Virus record (IMG/VR): IMGVR_UViG_3300020178_000002
Location: 1 to 64,000 of that record
Length of the DNA: 64,000 nt
Reading direction: 5' to 3' (one strand)
Shown: positions 1 to 9,038 of the stretch, piece after piece
Position numbering within the stretch: position 1 is the stretch's first letter
Layout: every line of letters starts with the position of its first letter
Made by a program: the position numbers and the translations under genes
The notes under the pieces: model-generated
Databases searched by the model: none
Told to the model about the DNA's origin: nothing
What the model saw: the letters and a program-made list of their open reading frames with translations, nothing else

Positions 1-7
1 AGGGTTG

Positions 8-156
8 TTAAAATCTAGGTTTTCGACCTCGACACCACTTTGATTCTTCTGGTGTCCAATGGAGTCTAGCTTTCCCTCTTTTCTTTTTAAGAGCCATTTC
101 AGCTTTCATTGCTTCTGATCTGTCAGCGTATACTTACCACCTCTTGCGAAATCTCC
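8..156 (-). pseudogene. C-terminal remnant of an SLX1-like GIY-YIG nuclease gene
   Basis: Minus strand reads GDFARGGKYT, then in another frame YADRSEAMKAEMALKKKRGKARLHWTPEESKWCRGRKPRF*. This matches GGKYT...YASRSEALKAEYKLKRTKRGASRCKWSSKDSPLCVG in ORF 204..1424, with an internal deletion/frameshift. Confidence 0.8.
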
Positions 157-166
157 ACACTTTGTG

Positions 167-199
167 TACCTTACATTTGAACAAACATAATGTGAGGTA
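167..199 (+). promoter_or_regulatory. RBS-sequestering hairpin upstream of the endonuclease ORF
   Basis: taccttacatt (167-177) pairs with aatgtgaggta (189-199), one G-U, covering the GAGG SD before ATG 204. Confidence 0.6.
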
Positions 200-203
200 A
201 ATC

Positions 204-1424
204 ATGGGACAAAAAAAGTGTGGTAAATGCAACCAAGTTAAAGACACATCTGATTTCAATAGGGATAAATCTCGTAAAGATGGACTTCAACCCTCATGTA
301 AGGATTGTTTAAAAGCATATCGAGATGCAAACAAGCATAAGGCTAAAGCCTATAACGTGAGGTATCGGAAAGAAAACCAAGAGCAGATAAAAGAGCAAAA
401 GAGAAAGTATCGGGAGAGAAATAAAGAGGAAATAAGAGAAGGGAAAAAGCTCTGGAAAAGAGAGAAAAGAGCAAGACATAAAGAGGAATTACTCACCAAA
501 CACCAAAGGGGTGAGTGTTTAAATGAAGAAGAACAAAGACTAGTAGACCACTGGATAAGATCAGATTTTCTTCAATCTTTGAGTGTTGAGGAGAAAGAGC
601 TATTGGAAAAAAGTGAAAGTAAAAAGTACAGGGAGAGAAATAAAGAGCGGATAAAAGAGCAAAGTAAAAAGTACAAGGAGAGAAATAAAGAGCGGATAAA
701 AGAGCAAAGTAAAAAGTACAGGGAGAGAAATAAAGAGTGGATAAGGTTGAAATCAGAGGCAAAGAAAGTGTGGTCTGTATATCGGATAAACTTTAACGAC
801 AATACTTATTACATAGGGATGTCTAACAGACCAGACCAGAGATTTAACAAGCATAAAAGCCTATCCTTGAGAGGTCTTGCTCAAAACGTTTTAAATCAGA
901 AAGATTGGAGCGATGCTTCTTATGAAATACTAAGCCAACATAAGAGCGAAGCAGATTGCTTAGATGAAGAAAATAAACTTATAGGAGAGATGATGAATGA
1001 CCCTAATTGCCTTAATCAAAAAACAGAAAAGCGATCCAAGGACTATTGGGTATATGTCATACAGAGTGAACAAAAGAGATATGGTAAGAATGGTAAGGAG
1101 CTACCAGGTTTCTTCTATGTAGGGATGACAACAGACCCTACAAGAAGATTAAGAGAACACAACGGGCTGTATGCTAACGGTAAAGAGGGAAACCCAAAGG
1201 GTGGTAAGTACACATCTAAACATAGACCTTGGGTCGCAAGGGCTTGCTTTGGACCTTATGCTAGTAGATCCGAAGCCTTAAAAGCTGAGTACAAACTGAA
1301 AAGAACTAAGCGAGGTGCTTCTAGGTGCAAGTGGTCATCTAAGGACTCGCCTTTATGTGTGGGTTTAGGTGAGGCACACCCTTGGGTTTCGGATTCCTCT
1401 GGTTGGAAGCCACCAAAGCAATGA
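204..1424 (+). CDS. Double GIY-YIG protein: Zn finger + basic repeats + homing-type GIY-YIG fused to an SLX1-like GIY-YIG
   Basis: N-terminal CxxC...CxxC; KKYRERNKERIKEQS repeats; first domain VYRI...YYIGMS...RFNKH...E; second domain VYVI...FYVGMTTDPTRRLREHNG...GGKYT..RPW...SEALKAEYKLK. Confidence 0.85.
   Translation: MGQKKCGKCNQVKDTSDFNRDKSRKDGLQPSCKDCLKAYRDANKHKAKAYNVRYRKENQEQIKEQKRKYRERNKEEIREGKKLWKREKRARHKEELLTKHQRGECLNEEEQRLVDHWIRSDFLQSLSVEEKELLEKSESKKYRERNKERIKEQSKKYKERNKERIKEQSKKYRERNKEWIRLKSEAKKVWSVYRINFNDNTYYIGMSNRPDQRFNKHKSLSLRGLAQNVLNQKDWSDASYEILSQHKSEADCLDEENKLIGEMMNDPNCLNQKTEKRSKDYWVYVIQSEQKRYGKNGKELPGFFYVGMTTDPTRRLREHNGLYANGKEGNPKGGKYTSKHRPWVARACFGPYASRSEALKAEYKLKRTKRGASRCKWSSKDSPLCVGLGEAHPWVSDSSGWKPPKQ
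616..744 (+). repeat. 45-bp coding tandem repeat (~2.9 copies)
   Basis: Unit aaagtaaaaagtaca(g/a)ggagagaaataaagagcggataaaagagc starts at 616, 661 and 706. Confidence 0.95.
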
Positions 1425-1484
1425 GGTCTTAGCAGACTTTCTTACTTGTTGACTCTGGATAACATATACAGTCCATTCACTCAT
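1425..1484 (-). pseudogene. N-terminal remnant of the same SLX1-like GIY-YIG gene
   Basis: GAGGG SD (1491-1495, minus), then ATG 1484: MSEWTVYVIQSQQVRKSAKT, similar to DYWVYVIQSEQKRYGK in ORF 204..1424. Similarity ends at that ORF's stop codon. Confidence 0.8.
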
Positions 1485-1550
1485 CTTATTCCCTCTCAAA
1501 TAGATTTGTTAGTTGGTATTATAGGATATTTAATCAAAGGATGAAGACTA

Positions 1551-1733
1551 ATGAAAGATGACATAACGCTGTATGCTATAGTTTCCCCAGAGAATGAGGT
1601 GATTAAAACATCTTATGGGAAATACTATTTTACCAGAGCCACTGCTCGCAAAGCGAGGAAAGAAATAAAGACAAAGGCAAGGATTGCCAAGTGTCTTTTC
1701 TTATCAGCAGGTAAGTGGGAGACTTCTAAGTAA
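1551..1733 (+). CDS. small basic hypothetical protein
   Basis: 60-aa ORF with AAGGA SD. Confidence 0.6.
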   Translation: MKDDITLYAIVSPENEVIKTSYGKYYFTRATARKARKEIKTKARIAKCLFLSAGKWETSK

Positions 1734-1746
1734 TACCTTTTTTATA
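1731..1746 (+). promoter_or_regulatory. putative phage late-type promoter TAATA-N6-TTATA
   Basis: taata cctttt ttata; the motif recurs at 10198, 15867, 21731, 40265 and 58853 (minus). Confidence 0.6.
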
Positions 1747-1782
1747 TTTCAAAGTTGTTAAACTTGAAAAAGGCAGGCAACT

Positions 1783-2388
1783 ATGAAATATGCAGGTATA
1801 GGACTTAAGTCAGTTCAGAAAGTCTTTCCAGGACTAACAGATAGACAAGCAAACGAGCTACTTCATGCTCTTGCAGGGTTTATCTATACTTTACCCTTAG
1901 AAAAAATAAGGTTTGAGAAGATCGAAGGAGATATGACAGTCTCAGATACACCTTATGTACATCCTTCAAGTCCTAGGCGAGAAGACTATGAGAGAGAGGG
2001 TGTTATAGGTGGTGTTCTCTCTGGGTTAGTCAGAATTGACTTAGATGAGCTTGAAGATGACTTGAGCTTTGAGATAGAAGAATACAGTGAAGATACATCT
2101 GGATTAAGGGGTATTGCTTCTTCTTTAACTAAGAACATCAACCATAACTTTCTTAAGGCAAGTAATATATTTAGCTTAAGTGATGTATATGCACCTGTTC
2201 AAAACCTTATTGAAGCACCTTATGGTTATGAGGTTAAGCAGAAAGAGTTGTATGAGTATGACTATCAAGTTGAGGCTCTGTTCTTTAGAGGAGAGATTCT
2301 TTTTGCAAAGGTAAGATACGAAGCTATTTATGATGTATACGCAGAGATAAAAAGCTCTAGGCATAGATATTTTGATGAGGATGACTGA
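1783..2388 (+). CDS. hypothetical protein
   Basis: 201-aa ORF after the TAATA-N6-TTATA motif; begins MKYAG. Confidence 0.75.
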   Translation: MKYAGIGLKSVQKVFPGLTDRQANELLHALAGFIYTLPLEKIRFEKIEGDMTVSDTPYVHPSSPRREDYEREGVIGGVLSGLVRIDLDELEDDLSFEIEEYSEDTSGLRGIASSLTKNINHNFLKASNIFSLSDVYAPVQNLIEAPYGYEVKQKELYEYDYQVEALFFRGEILFAKVRYEAIYDVYAEIKSSRHRYFDEDD

Positions 2389-2419
2389 TGAGATTTAGGG
2401 GCAAGAAAAATTATTTCTA

Positions 2420-2438
2420 CCCCCCTTTTTTTTGATAA
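2420..2438 (+). promoter_or_regulatory. putative promoter motif, C-run...TTGATAA
   Basis: Same arrangement at 3601, 14534, 20179 and 28842, always intergenic and shortly upstream of an ATG. Confidence 0.55.
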
Positions 2439-2478
2439 GTAGAGCTACAACTAAACTTATTAAAGAAAGGTATTTACT

Positions 2479-2640
2479 ATGCGAAAATTTGTATCAAAAC
2501 TAGGTCGTTTTAATTTTTTCATCCATAATGTTATTGCTCACCCACTGATGGAAGTATGCCATGTTCTTGGCTTTACAGAGCTTGGGAATAAAATCCATGA
2601 TGGTACTCTTCCTCTTAGTGAAGAAGAACAACAGAGTTAA
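2479..2640 (+). CDS. small His-containing phage protein (not in the ORF track)
   Basis: AAAGG SD then MRKFVSKLGRFNFFIHNVIAHPLMEVCHVLGFTELGNKIHDGTLPLSEEEQQS* (53 aa). Confidence 0.75.
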   Translation: MRKFVSKLGRFNFFIHNVIAHPLMEVCHVLGFTELGNKIHDGTLPLSEEEQQS

Positions 2641-2691
2641 AAAAACGCTTGTGTTCTAAATTTGAGTGGTATAAAAAAACACTCACTATGA

Positions 2692-2762
2692 GCCCAGATG
2701 AAGCTTGTAGGCACAGAAACTTAAAAATCTGTGAGTACGAGTCTTATTCTGGGCATTTTTTT
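2692..2762 (+). other. long interrupted RNA hairpin plus U-tract (terminator, attenuator or small RNA)
   Basis: gcccaga/tctgggc, cttgta/tacgag and cacaga/tctgtg nested pairings, followed by a T-run. Confidence 0.5.
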
Positions 2763-2797
2763 ATTTTCGCTGAACCAAGCACAAACGAGGATTTCTA

Positions 2798-3355
2798 ATG
2801 AGAATCAAGAATCTTTTACTTGCCCTTACTTTTACCTTTATGGCAACTCCAGCTTTTGCAAAGGAAACTTGTAAAGCTACCAAATACACAAAAGTCATTG
2901 ATACTGTAAGATTTGGTATGACTATTCCTCAAGCAAAGAAAGCACTTAAAAAGAAGTATGGCTCTAAGGCAACTATTATTAACCCTAAAGAGGGCTTTCT
3001 AGTTGTTGACTTTACTCGCCCTCAGAAGAATATAGAACGAGCAATTTATCTTGCACAGAATGGAAAGATCACTCGTCAACTATTCCGATACTCAGAAAGC
3101 TTTCAAAGAAAGTTTGGTGGTCCTGCTCAGATGTTTGTAGCTATGGTTAAAAAGCTGCAAGAGAAATATGGCCAGCATGATGATCAAAATATGATTGAAT
3201 CTGAAGACAAAGCCATTTTCTTTTGGGCAAACAATGGTGGAGCTACTATGCAAGTCTCTGCTAGTAATGATGGGGTTGACCTAAGAATTGATTGTGAAGC
3301 ACTTGAGAAAGAAATCCAAGAGGAAGCTTCAAAATCTGCTAACTTTGGTTTTTAA
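2798..3355 (+). CDS. exported protein with signal peptide
   Basis: MRIKNLLLALTFTFMATPAFA (A-x-A cleavage site); GAGG SD. Confidence 0.8.
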   Translation: MRIKNLLLALTFTFMATPAFAKETCKATKYTKVIDTVRFGMTIPQAKKALKKKYGSKATIINPKEGFLVVDFTRPQKNIERAIYLAQNGKITRQLFRYSESFQRKFGGPAQMFVAMVKKLQEKYGQHDDQNMIESEDKAIFFWANNGGATMQVSASNDGVDLRIDCEALEKEIQEEASKSANFGF

Positions 3356-3404
3356 GTAGCTTTCTGTTAAGTTTTCTCTTAGAGTTGCAGAAAAGGAGAG
3401 AGCT

Positions 3405-3593
3405 ATGTGGCACTTAGAAAAAATAGTCGAGATGAACCAGCCAAAAGACGAACCACCTAAGGAAAAAGAAATCCAGCTAGAGACTGAAGATCTCCTTCTT
3501 ATTAAAGAAGAGCTTAGGAAGTCTAAGGAGCTTTTGTTAGAGTTGAGAGAGCTGGTAAAGGGTACTCGAGAGATACTAAAAAATAATAGCTGA
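3405..3593 (+). CDS. small coiled-coil protein
   Basis: AAGGAG SD; heptad-rich 62-aa ORF. Confidence 0.65.
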   Translation: MWHLEKIVEMNQPKDEPPKEKEIQLETEDLLLIKEELRKSKELLLELRELVKGTREILKNNS

Positions 3594-3671
3594 AAATCCA
3601 CCCCCCCCACTCCTTATTTGATAAGAAAACCATTAATAAGGTTTTTTTAAAAAAAATAAGGAGTAGGATAT

Positions 3672-4214
3672 ATGGGTATCAAAACCAAGATCAAGTCTAT
3701 TGACTATAAAGGCAAGTCTAAGAGTCTCTTAAAGAGCGTAGTCTTTAATTATTACACATGGCTCACAGCTATCTGGTTTTTAACTGATACAGGACTAAAA
3801 GAAGACCCACGCTTCACCTTTCCCACACTAGCTTTAACATCCCTAATTCTGGGTCTAGGGCTTTCTAAGGTGGAGTTTGGCTCTAAGCTAAAAACTCTCT
3901 ATAAGAAGAGAGCAGAGCCTAAAAAGGCGAGAGCTTATGGGCGAACTGTGTGGAATGGCTGGTTGATTGCTTTATCTAGCTTGCTAGTCTCTGGCAATCT
4001 TGTAAGAGAGACTTTAGATCTGCATTTCTTCAAGGGTCAGCCCTCTGCATTTGTATCAATGTTATTGATCGCATTTCTAGGCTTCTCTCTCTACAATGTC
4101 ATAGAGAGTAAATACAAGAAGTCACATAGAATCTTCTGGTTAGCCCCAACAATTGCAGCAGGGATTCTATTAAACCATCTGTTATCAGAGATTAACTTTC
4201 AGATCTTTCCCTAA
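3672..4214 (+). CDS. multi-pass membrane protein
   Basis: About five hydrophobic segments; AAGGAG SD. Confidence 0.8.
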   Translation: MGIKTKIKSIDYKGKSKSLLKSVVFNYYTWLTAIWFLTDTGLKEDPRFTFPTLALTSLILGLGLSKVEFGSKLKTLYKKRAEPKKARAYGRTVWNGWLIALSSLLVSGNLVRETLDLHFFKGQPSAFVSMLLIAFLGFSLYNVIESKYKKSHRIFWLAPTIAAGILLNHLLSEINFQIFP

Positions 4215-4219
4215 TTAAG

Positions 4220-4267
4220 AAAAGGACACTGTATTGCACATTATCTGCATACAGTGTCCTTTTTTTT
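4220..4267 (+). terminator. intrinsic terminator
   Basis: aaaggacactgtat...atacagtgtccttt stem followed by a T-run. Confidence 0.8.
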
Positions 4268-4318
4268 GTCTTGTGTTTGGTACTCTGAGAGTATCTATTT
4301 TTATAAGGAGTTTTTGTT

Positions 4319-4762
4319 TTGAGCAAAAAGCAAAAAAGAGCAATGAAGAAGAAGTCTGCAATTCGAAAAAGAAGAAAGCAGAGGAAACTCAATAAGAAGT
4401 ATGAAAGCCTAAAAGAGAAAGAGAAGTCATTAGACTTTCTTGTTCAAATGATGGATGTCTTTAAAGGTATGGGTTTAGATCCAGAAGCTCTTTCTTCACT
4501 TGGTGGAGATGAGATGCCACCAGAGAGTTTAGGCGAGGGCGAGGAAGAAGACTTGTCTCCTGAAGAAATGGAGCAGTTTACAAATCTTCTTTCTGCTTTA
4601 ATGGGTGGAGATCTGCCAGAGGGTTTATTTGATAACCTAGACCCAGAAAGTCTTTTTTCTGACGAATCTCCAACAGGGGGATCTGTAGCAGAGACAGATG
4701 AGGCAGATCCTGTATCTGAAGAAGAGTCTTCAACAGATGAAGAGCCTAATTCAGAAGACTAG
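4319..4762 (+). CDS. hypothetical protein with basic N-terminus and acidic C-terminus
   Basis: TTG start after AAGGAG; strongly charge-segregated sequence. Confidence 0.7.
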   Translation: MSKKQKRAMKKKSAIRKRRKQRKLNKKYESLKEKEKSLDFLVQMMDVFKGMGLDPEALSSLGGDEMPPESLGEGEEEDLSPEEMEQFTNLLSALMGGDLPEGLFDNLDPESLFSDESPTGGSVAETDEADPVSEEESSTDEEPNSED

Positions 4763-5325
4763 CTTCTGTTAAATGTTCTCCTTGATACAGGTAGGTAGTG
4801 GAATCCAGGTGAGATGGGGTCTCCTGTTTTGACAGGATTACCTTCTTCGTCAACTTTTAAGTTAAAGGTTGCTTTCCTTACAGAACCTGGTTCGAAGGTT
4901 GCGATTTCTTCAATCATATCAGCCCAAGATAACAAATACTGACTACCCTCAAAAGGTTCTCCTTTAAAGTCTGTTCTAAGTCCGTATGCAAAAACAGGCA
5001 CTTCAAGTTCGTCTGCGATTCTGCATAAAGACCTGACCTGTTCTTTTGTTAAAAACTGTGCTTCATCTACAAACACGACTTGGAAAGAGAAGCCTTGCAT
5101 GCCCTTTTCAAGTATGATCTTTAGGGGGCAATCTTCTTTACTAAGAGAAATGGCTTCTAATTTGAAGCCTATTCTTGAGCTGATGAGAGCTTTACCATCT
5201 CTGGCTTTTGCTACTTCGGGTACAAAAGTAAGGTAAGTGATACTTCTTTCGTGGCAAGAGTGCGTTCTCATTAGTAAGTTTGCAGACTTACCTGCGTTGA
5301 CAGTACTGTATATATATTTTAGCAT
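4759..5325 (-). CDS. tdk: thymidine kinase
   Basis: YSTVNAGKS P-loop, ISSRIG, VFVDEAQFLT, YGLRTDFKGEPFEGS..LL.WAD.IEEI. Confidence 0.95.
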   Translation of the reverse strand: MLKYIYSTVNAGKSANLLMRTHSCHERSITYLTFVPEVAKARDGKALISSRIGFKLEAISLSKEDCPLKIILEKGMQGFSFQVVFVDEAQFLTKEQVRSLCRIADELEVPVFAYGLRTDFKGEPFEGSQYLLSWADMIEEIATFEPGSVRKATFNLKVDEEGNPVKTGDPISPGFHYLPVSRRTFNRS

Positions 5326-5933
5326 GGGATCAGATCTCTTCTGTCTAGTTTAATTGCAATAGTTTTTTGAATATCTTTTTTTATATTAGAGACTTTCCTA
5401 GCCTCCCAGCCAAACATTCTTGCAATATGTGACATTTTAAATCCTTGCATGATAGCATCAAAGACTTTTAGGTGGTCTTCTTTGAATGAAAGCCTAATTT
5501 CGTTCATAAAGATCTTGTCAGAAGGGTCTTCTTCATAAGAGGAATCGTATGAGGTTGCTACATCATCATCCACTCCTACAAAGTATCTTTCCCTTTCTTT
5601 CCTGTGTTTGTTAATGATGTTCATAATAACACAGTCCATCACAAGAACAACATAAGTAGAGAGAGCCGACTTATCAGAGTCGAAAGGGCATTTACCTTTG
5701 TTTCTTATGAGGATGCCTTTATATACTTCATGTAGAACTTCTTCTGGGTCTAACCCCTCTCTAATCATACTTTGAGCTTGTCTCTTATAGAAGATTAGCT
5801 TGATATCTTCACTATGCTTCTCTATATCAACCCCTAGTTTTTTAGGTTTCTTGGGTTTGAATGTAAAAGAAAAAATAGATACCATTCCTTTGTGCCATAT
5901 TTTTTGTGGTTGGAGTTGGGTATAGTCAAACAT
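5319..5933 (-). CDS. phage RNA polymerase sigma factor (sigma70/ECF-like; start uncertain)
   Basis: Region-2-like EEVLHEVYKGIL...FDSDKSALSTYV..VM; C-terminal HTH GFKMSHIARMFGWEARKVSNIK. Confidence 0.7.
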   Translation of the reverse strand: MFDYTQLQPQKIWHKGMVSIFSFTFKPKKPKKLGVDIEKHSEDIKLIFYKRQAQSMIREGLDPEEVLHEVYKGILIRNKGKCPFDSDKSALSTYVVLVMDCVIMNIINKHRKERERYFVGVDDDVATSYDSSYEEDPSDKIFMNEIRLSFKEDHLKVFDAIMQGFKMSHIARMFGWEARKVSNIKKDIQKTIAIKLDRRDLIPC

Positions 5934-5974
5934 AAAGTGTCCTTACAAAGTGTTTATTCAAAAAGGAGAGAATT

Positions 5975-6937
5975 TTGGACTTATTAGAAAAGATTTCTGT
6001 GCTTCGTTGGGTCAAAACTAAATATAAGATTAACATAAACCTTGTCAAGCGTAAGTTAAAAGAGCAAGAGTTTGAAGAACTTGTTAAATATCTATCTTAC
6101 TTAAAGGAAATTGGTGGGGTTTATGATGCAAAGGATGTCATACAAGAATTCATCCAAAAAAAAGGGATTGAATATAAGCCACTCAAAACTTATGGTGACA
6201 GCGTAGACTTTTTTCTGTTTAAGAATACACACCCAGAGGAAGATGGTGAAGTAGAAGTCTATTTTAGACACTTGCTTCTGGGTTCAGGCAGAAAACCAAT
6301 CAGATCTAATGTAAGGTCTTTGAAGAGGGTATTGAAAGATCAAGGATATGAGATCAGTTGGGGAGTGCCAATAGATAGTGTGAGCTTCTACAAAGAGCCT
6401 AAGGTCAAGATTCGTGAGGATTACGAATTAAAGCTGCCAGATACAGGTTTAAAGTCTTTCACTTCTAAGTGCTATCCTACCAAAGATATTAATACTTGGT
6501 TAGATGACCCAAAGATTGATTTTGAGAACGAAGATGGCAGTATAAACTTGACCTTGAATGGTAGGTGGAAAGCCCATTTCACTCAGAGGTTCATATATCT
6601 TTTTGAGCAAAGCGAGTTACCTTATTTACTCAAGGGGCAAACAAGAGGGCAGTATAAGATGACTCCCGAAACAGAATTGCTTTGCCATTTAGCCTTCAGA
6701 GACATATTCCAGCCCATGCCTTTAGAGGAGTGGGTTAAGGTTGGAATGGGGCATGAGGGGTTATCTGACGACTTTGTGAGCGAATTATTATCTACGTTTT
6801 TGGATGCTATTTCATATAACATGAAGAAGGTTTACTTGAATTCAAAGGTTTTGGATTTCAAGGAAGAAAATATATTTGGTTGGCAAGCAGTTCTTGCCTT
6901 GCACTTTGTGCATGAAATGATTCAGAAAGGTCAGTAA
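5975..6937 (+). CDS. hypothetical protein
   Basis: 320-aa ORF, TTG start after AAGGAG. Confidence 0.8.
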   Translation: MDLLEKISVLRWVKTKYKININLVKRKLKEQEFEELVKYLSYLKEIGGVYDAKDVIQEFIQKKGIEYKPLKTYGDSVDFFLFKNTHPEEDGEVEVYFRHLLLGSGRKPIRSNVRSLKRVLKDQGYEISWGVPIDSVSFYKEPKVKIREDYELKLPDTGLKSFTSKCYPTKDINTWLDDPKIDFENEDGSINLTLNGRWKAHFTQRFIYLFEQSELPYLLKGQTRGQYKMTPETELLCHLAFRDIFQPMPLEEWVKVGMGHEGLSDDFVSELLSTFLDAISYNMKKVYLNSKVLDFKEENIFGWQAVLALHFVHEMIQKGQ

Positions 6938-6939
6938 AT

Positions 6940-7515
6940 TTGAATTTTGTTATTATCACTATGTTGTCTTTTCAGTGTATGCTGAATTCTTTAGAGGTTG
7001 CTTCTTCTTATGAGGTAAAATCACACTCTAAAAAGAGTGGGTGGTCTTTAATCAAGACACGAGCTTCTAAGAGAAGGCATTTAAAAAGAATACTCAAGTA
7101 TACATGGGATGAGAAAGACACCCGAATCTATACATTAGCATGGTTAGAGAGTAGACTCCGACCTACTAAAAGAGGGGATAGGGGCAAAGCTTGTGGTATT
7201 TTCCAGATTCATGCGAGGCATTCATATCCGCTATTCCATAGAAAAAAAGGATATGTAGGCTATAAGGAAGAAGAGTCTAAGAAGCAGATTGAGTCTGAGT
7301 GTAGGAAACTTTCTAGCACTAAGTATTCTATTGAAACTGTTAAGAAGTTGCTTAAGTTTATGGATGAGAAAGATCTACATGTTTGTCATCACAACTCTGG
7401 ACTCTATGGAAAATGTAATTCTTGGTATAAGAAGAGAGCAGATTTCTGGATGTCTTATTTTGAGTTATCTAAGTTTGTTTGTGATCGTGAAAGGTTAAAG
7501 AAATGGCTATGGTAA
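6940..7515 (+). CDS. lytic transglycosylase (SLT)-like protein
   Basis: LAWLESRL...GDRGKACGIFQI resembles the A-x-x-E-S and G-x-F-Q motifs of SLT domains. Confidence 0.55.
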   Translation: MNFVIITMLSFQCMLNSLEVASSYEVKSHSKKSGWSLIKTRASKRRHLKRILKYTWDEKDTRIYTLAWLESRLRPTKRGDRGKACGIFQIHARHSYPLFHRKKGYVGYKEEESKKQIESECRKLSSTKYSIETVKKLLKFMDEKDLHVCHHNSGLYGKCNSWYKKRADFWMSYFELSKFVCDRERLKKWLW

Positions 7516-7694
7516 AAACAGGGAATCCAATCCCAACAGCACCTGCTGAAATGATACAAGGGTATCTTGATTGTACTAATGGTAAAGAGGCTACCTCTGA
7601 CTCTGCTGTTTATATGTCAGGTTATGACTTAGCAAAGCTAGTTAAAGAAGGTAAGGCAGATCCCCCAGCTTGGGCTATGGAGAAAAATGAATGA
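7503..7694 (+). CDS. small hypothetical protein
   Basis: 63-aa ORF overlapping both neighbours, operon-like. Confidence 0.65.
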   Translation: MAMVKTGNPIPTAPAEMIQGYLDCTNGKEATSDSAVYMSGYDLAKLVKEGKADPPAWAMEKNE

Positions 7695-8358
7695 TTTGTG
7701 GATAAGGGAGGGTTTAGCTGACCCTCTATCAGAATACTTAAATTACTTAGTATCAAGAGGTGTGGATGAAAGCTGTAAAGTCAGCTTCCATTCTTGGCAG
7801 ACTCATGAAAATATCAAGTGTACGAGATTCTTGAGTCAATATGGCAATGGGGGTCGAGGTATCTCCTCTCATCTAGTTATACCTATCACCTCACCTAGAG
7901 GTGTTATCATAGGTATGGAGTCTAGAAAAATAATGCCAGATGGTTCTAAAAAAGTGATACAGTACAGAACTCTCTCTGCTCAATGGAATCCATATATACT
8001 TGGTGCAGAAGATTGTTTTAAAACCTTACATGAAGGTGGTGACCTATGGGTAGTAGAGGGCATCTTTGATAAGGTTTCTTTAGATAAGGTTGTCTCAAAG
8101 TATGATTCTGTCATAGCAACCTTAAGGGCTGGTATGGATAGTCTAACTCTTGAAATGATCTCAAGATACTATTCTAAGGCCAGTACCATTTACATCTGTT
8201 ATGATAATGATGAGACAGGTCAAAAGAAAGCTAAGTGGTTGCAGAAAGAGATGCAAGCAAAGGGTATTAGGGCAGTAGTCTGGAAATACAGAGGGAAAGA
8301 CCCTAATGAAGTCTGGTCAAAAGGTGGGGATCAAGCACTAAGGAGAATGTTCCTTTAA
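7687..8358 (+). CDS. DNA primase Toprim-domain protein
   Basis: YLVSRGV, LVIPI, WVVEGIFD, ICYDNDETGQK, KDPNE. No N-terminal Zn finger in this ORF. Confidence 0.85.
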   Translation: MNDLWIREGLADPLSEYLNYLVSRGVDESCKVSFHSWQTHENIKCTRFLSQYGNGGRGISSHLVIPITSPRGVIIGMESRKIMPDGSKKVIQYRTLSAQWNPYILGAEDCFKTLHEGGDLWVVEGIFDKVSLDKVVSKYDSVIATLRAGMDSLTLEMISRYYSKASTIYICYDNDETGQKKAKWLQKEMQAKGIRAVVWKYRGKDPNEVWSKGGDQALRRMFL

Positions 8359-8966
8359 TATAAGTCAACTAGAATAGGTTCAGGATTTCTAAAAGAAGCC
8401 TGCTTGATCCCATCTGACTTGCTGAAGAACATGCTTTTTATTTTCTTGTAAATACCAAAATCTACAAGAACTAAATAAGCCACCATACCTATGAGCATGA
8501 GCTTTGTTAGGAACAATCCTACATTAATAACAAAGAGAGATCCCATAGATAGCTTACAAGCATAAAAAAGGCCATGTGATAAAGCGACCCAGAAATAGTC
8601 ATCCGCATGAATTATGCTTTGCTTTGCTTTTTTAGAAGCTCTGTCGAATCTACTTTCCCACAAATCAGAGAGGTATTTTACCCTAGCCTTGAAAGTAGGC
8701 AGGCGGTTGACATTTGAAAGGACTTCTTTTTCCAATTCAGAAGGATTCTTTCCTACTCTATCAATCTCTCTTCCGATAGATCCCAGACTGTCTAGGTCAC
8801 TCTCTTCCAAAAGTTCTTTCATATTCTTGAGTTCTTTTCTGTTTTGCTTTCTGGTTAGGTTTAAGCTTTTTTCGAACTCTTCAATCTTCTCTTCTATCCA
8901 GCTCCCTGCAACTTTGCTTTCAAGTCTGGCAATCCTCATTTCTAGGCTTCTTATTTTCTTATTCAT
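8355..8966 (-). CDS. IRSLEMRIARLE-leader protein with C-terminal hydrophobic segments
   Basis: Start reassigned to MNKKIRSLEMRIARLESKVAG (ATG 8966, AAAGGG SD); the longer ORF call overlaps the divergent gene. Confidence 0.75.
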   Translation of the reverse strand: MNKKIRSLEMRIARLESKVAGSWIEEKIEEFEKSLNLTRKQNRKELKNMKELLEESDLDSLGSIGREIDRVGKNPSELEKEVLSNVNRLPTFKARVKYLSDLWESRFDRASKKAKQSIIHADDYFWVALSHGLFYACKLSMGSLFVINVGLFLTKLMLIGMVAYLVLVDFGIYKKIKSMFFSKSDGIKQASFRNPEPILVDLY

Positions 8967-8975
8967 GTCTTTTTC

Positions 8976-9030
8976 CCTTTGTAAGTTGTTTATAGCTCTC
9001 CTCATGCACTTGATAAATAACTTACAAAGG
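8976..9030. repeat. 18-bp inverted repeat between divergent leader-family genes
   Basis: cctttgtaagttgtttat (8976-8993) vs ataaataacttacaaagg (9013-9030), 17/18 match. Confidence 0.9.
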
Positions 9031-9038
9031 AGTGTATC

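Noticed and set aside
493-802. Repetitive minus-strand ORFs
   Set aside because: Antisense shadows of the 45-bp coding repeat.
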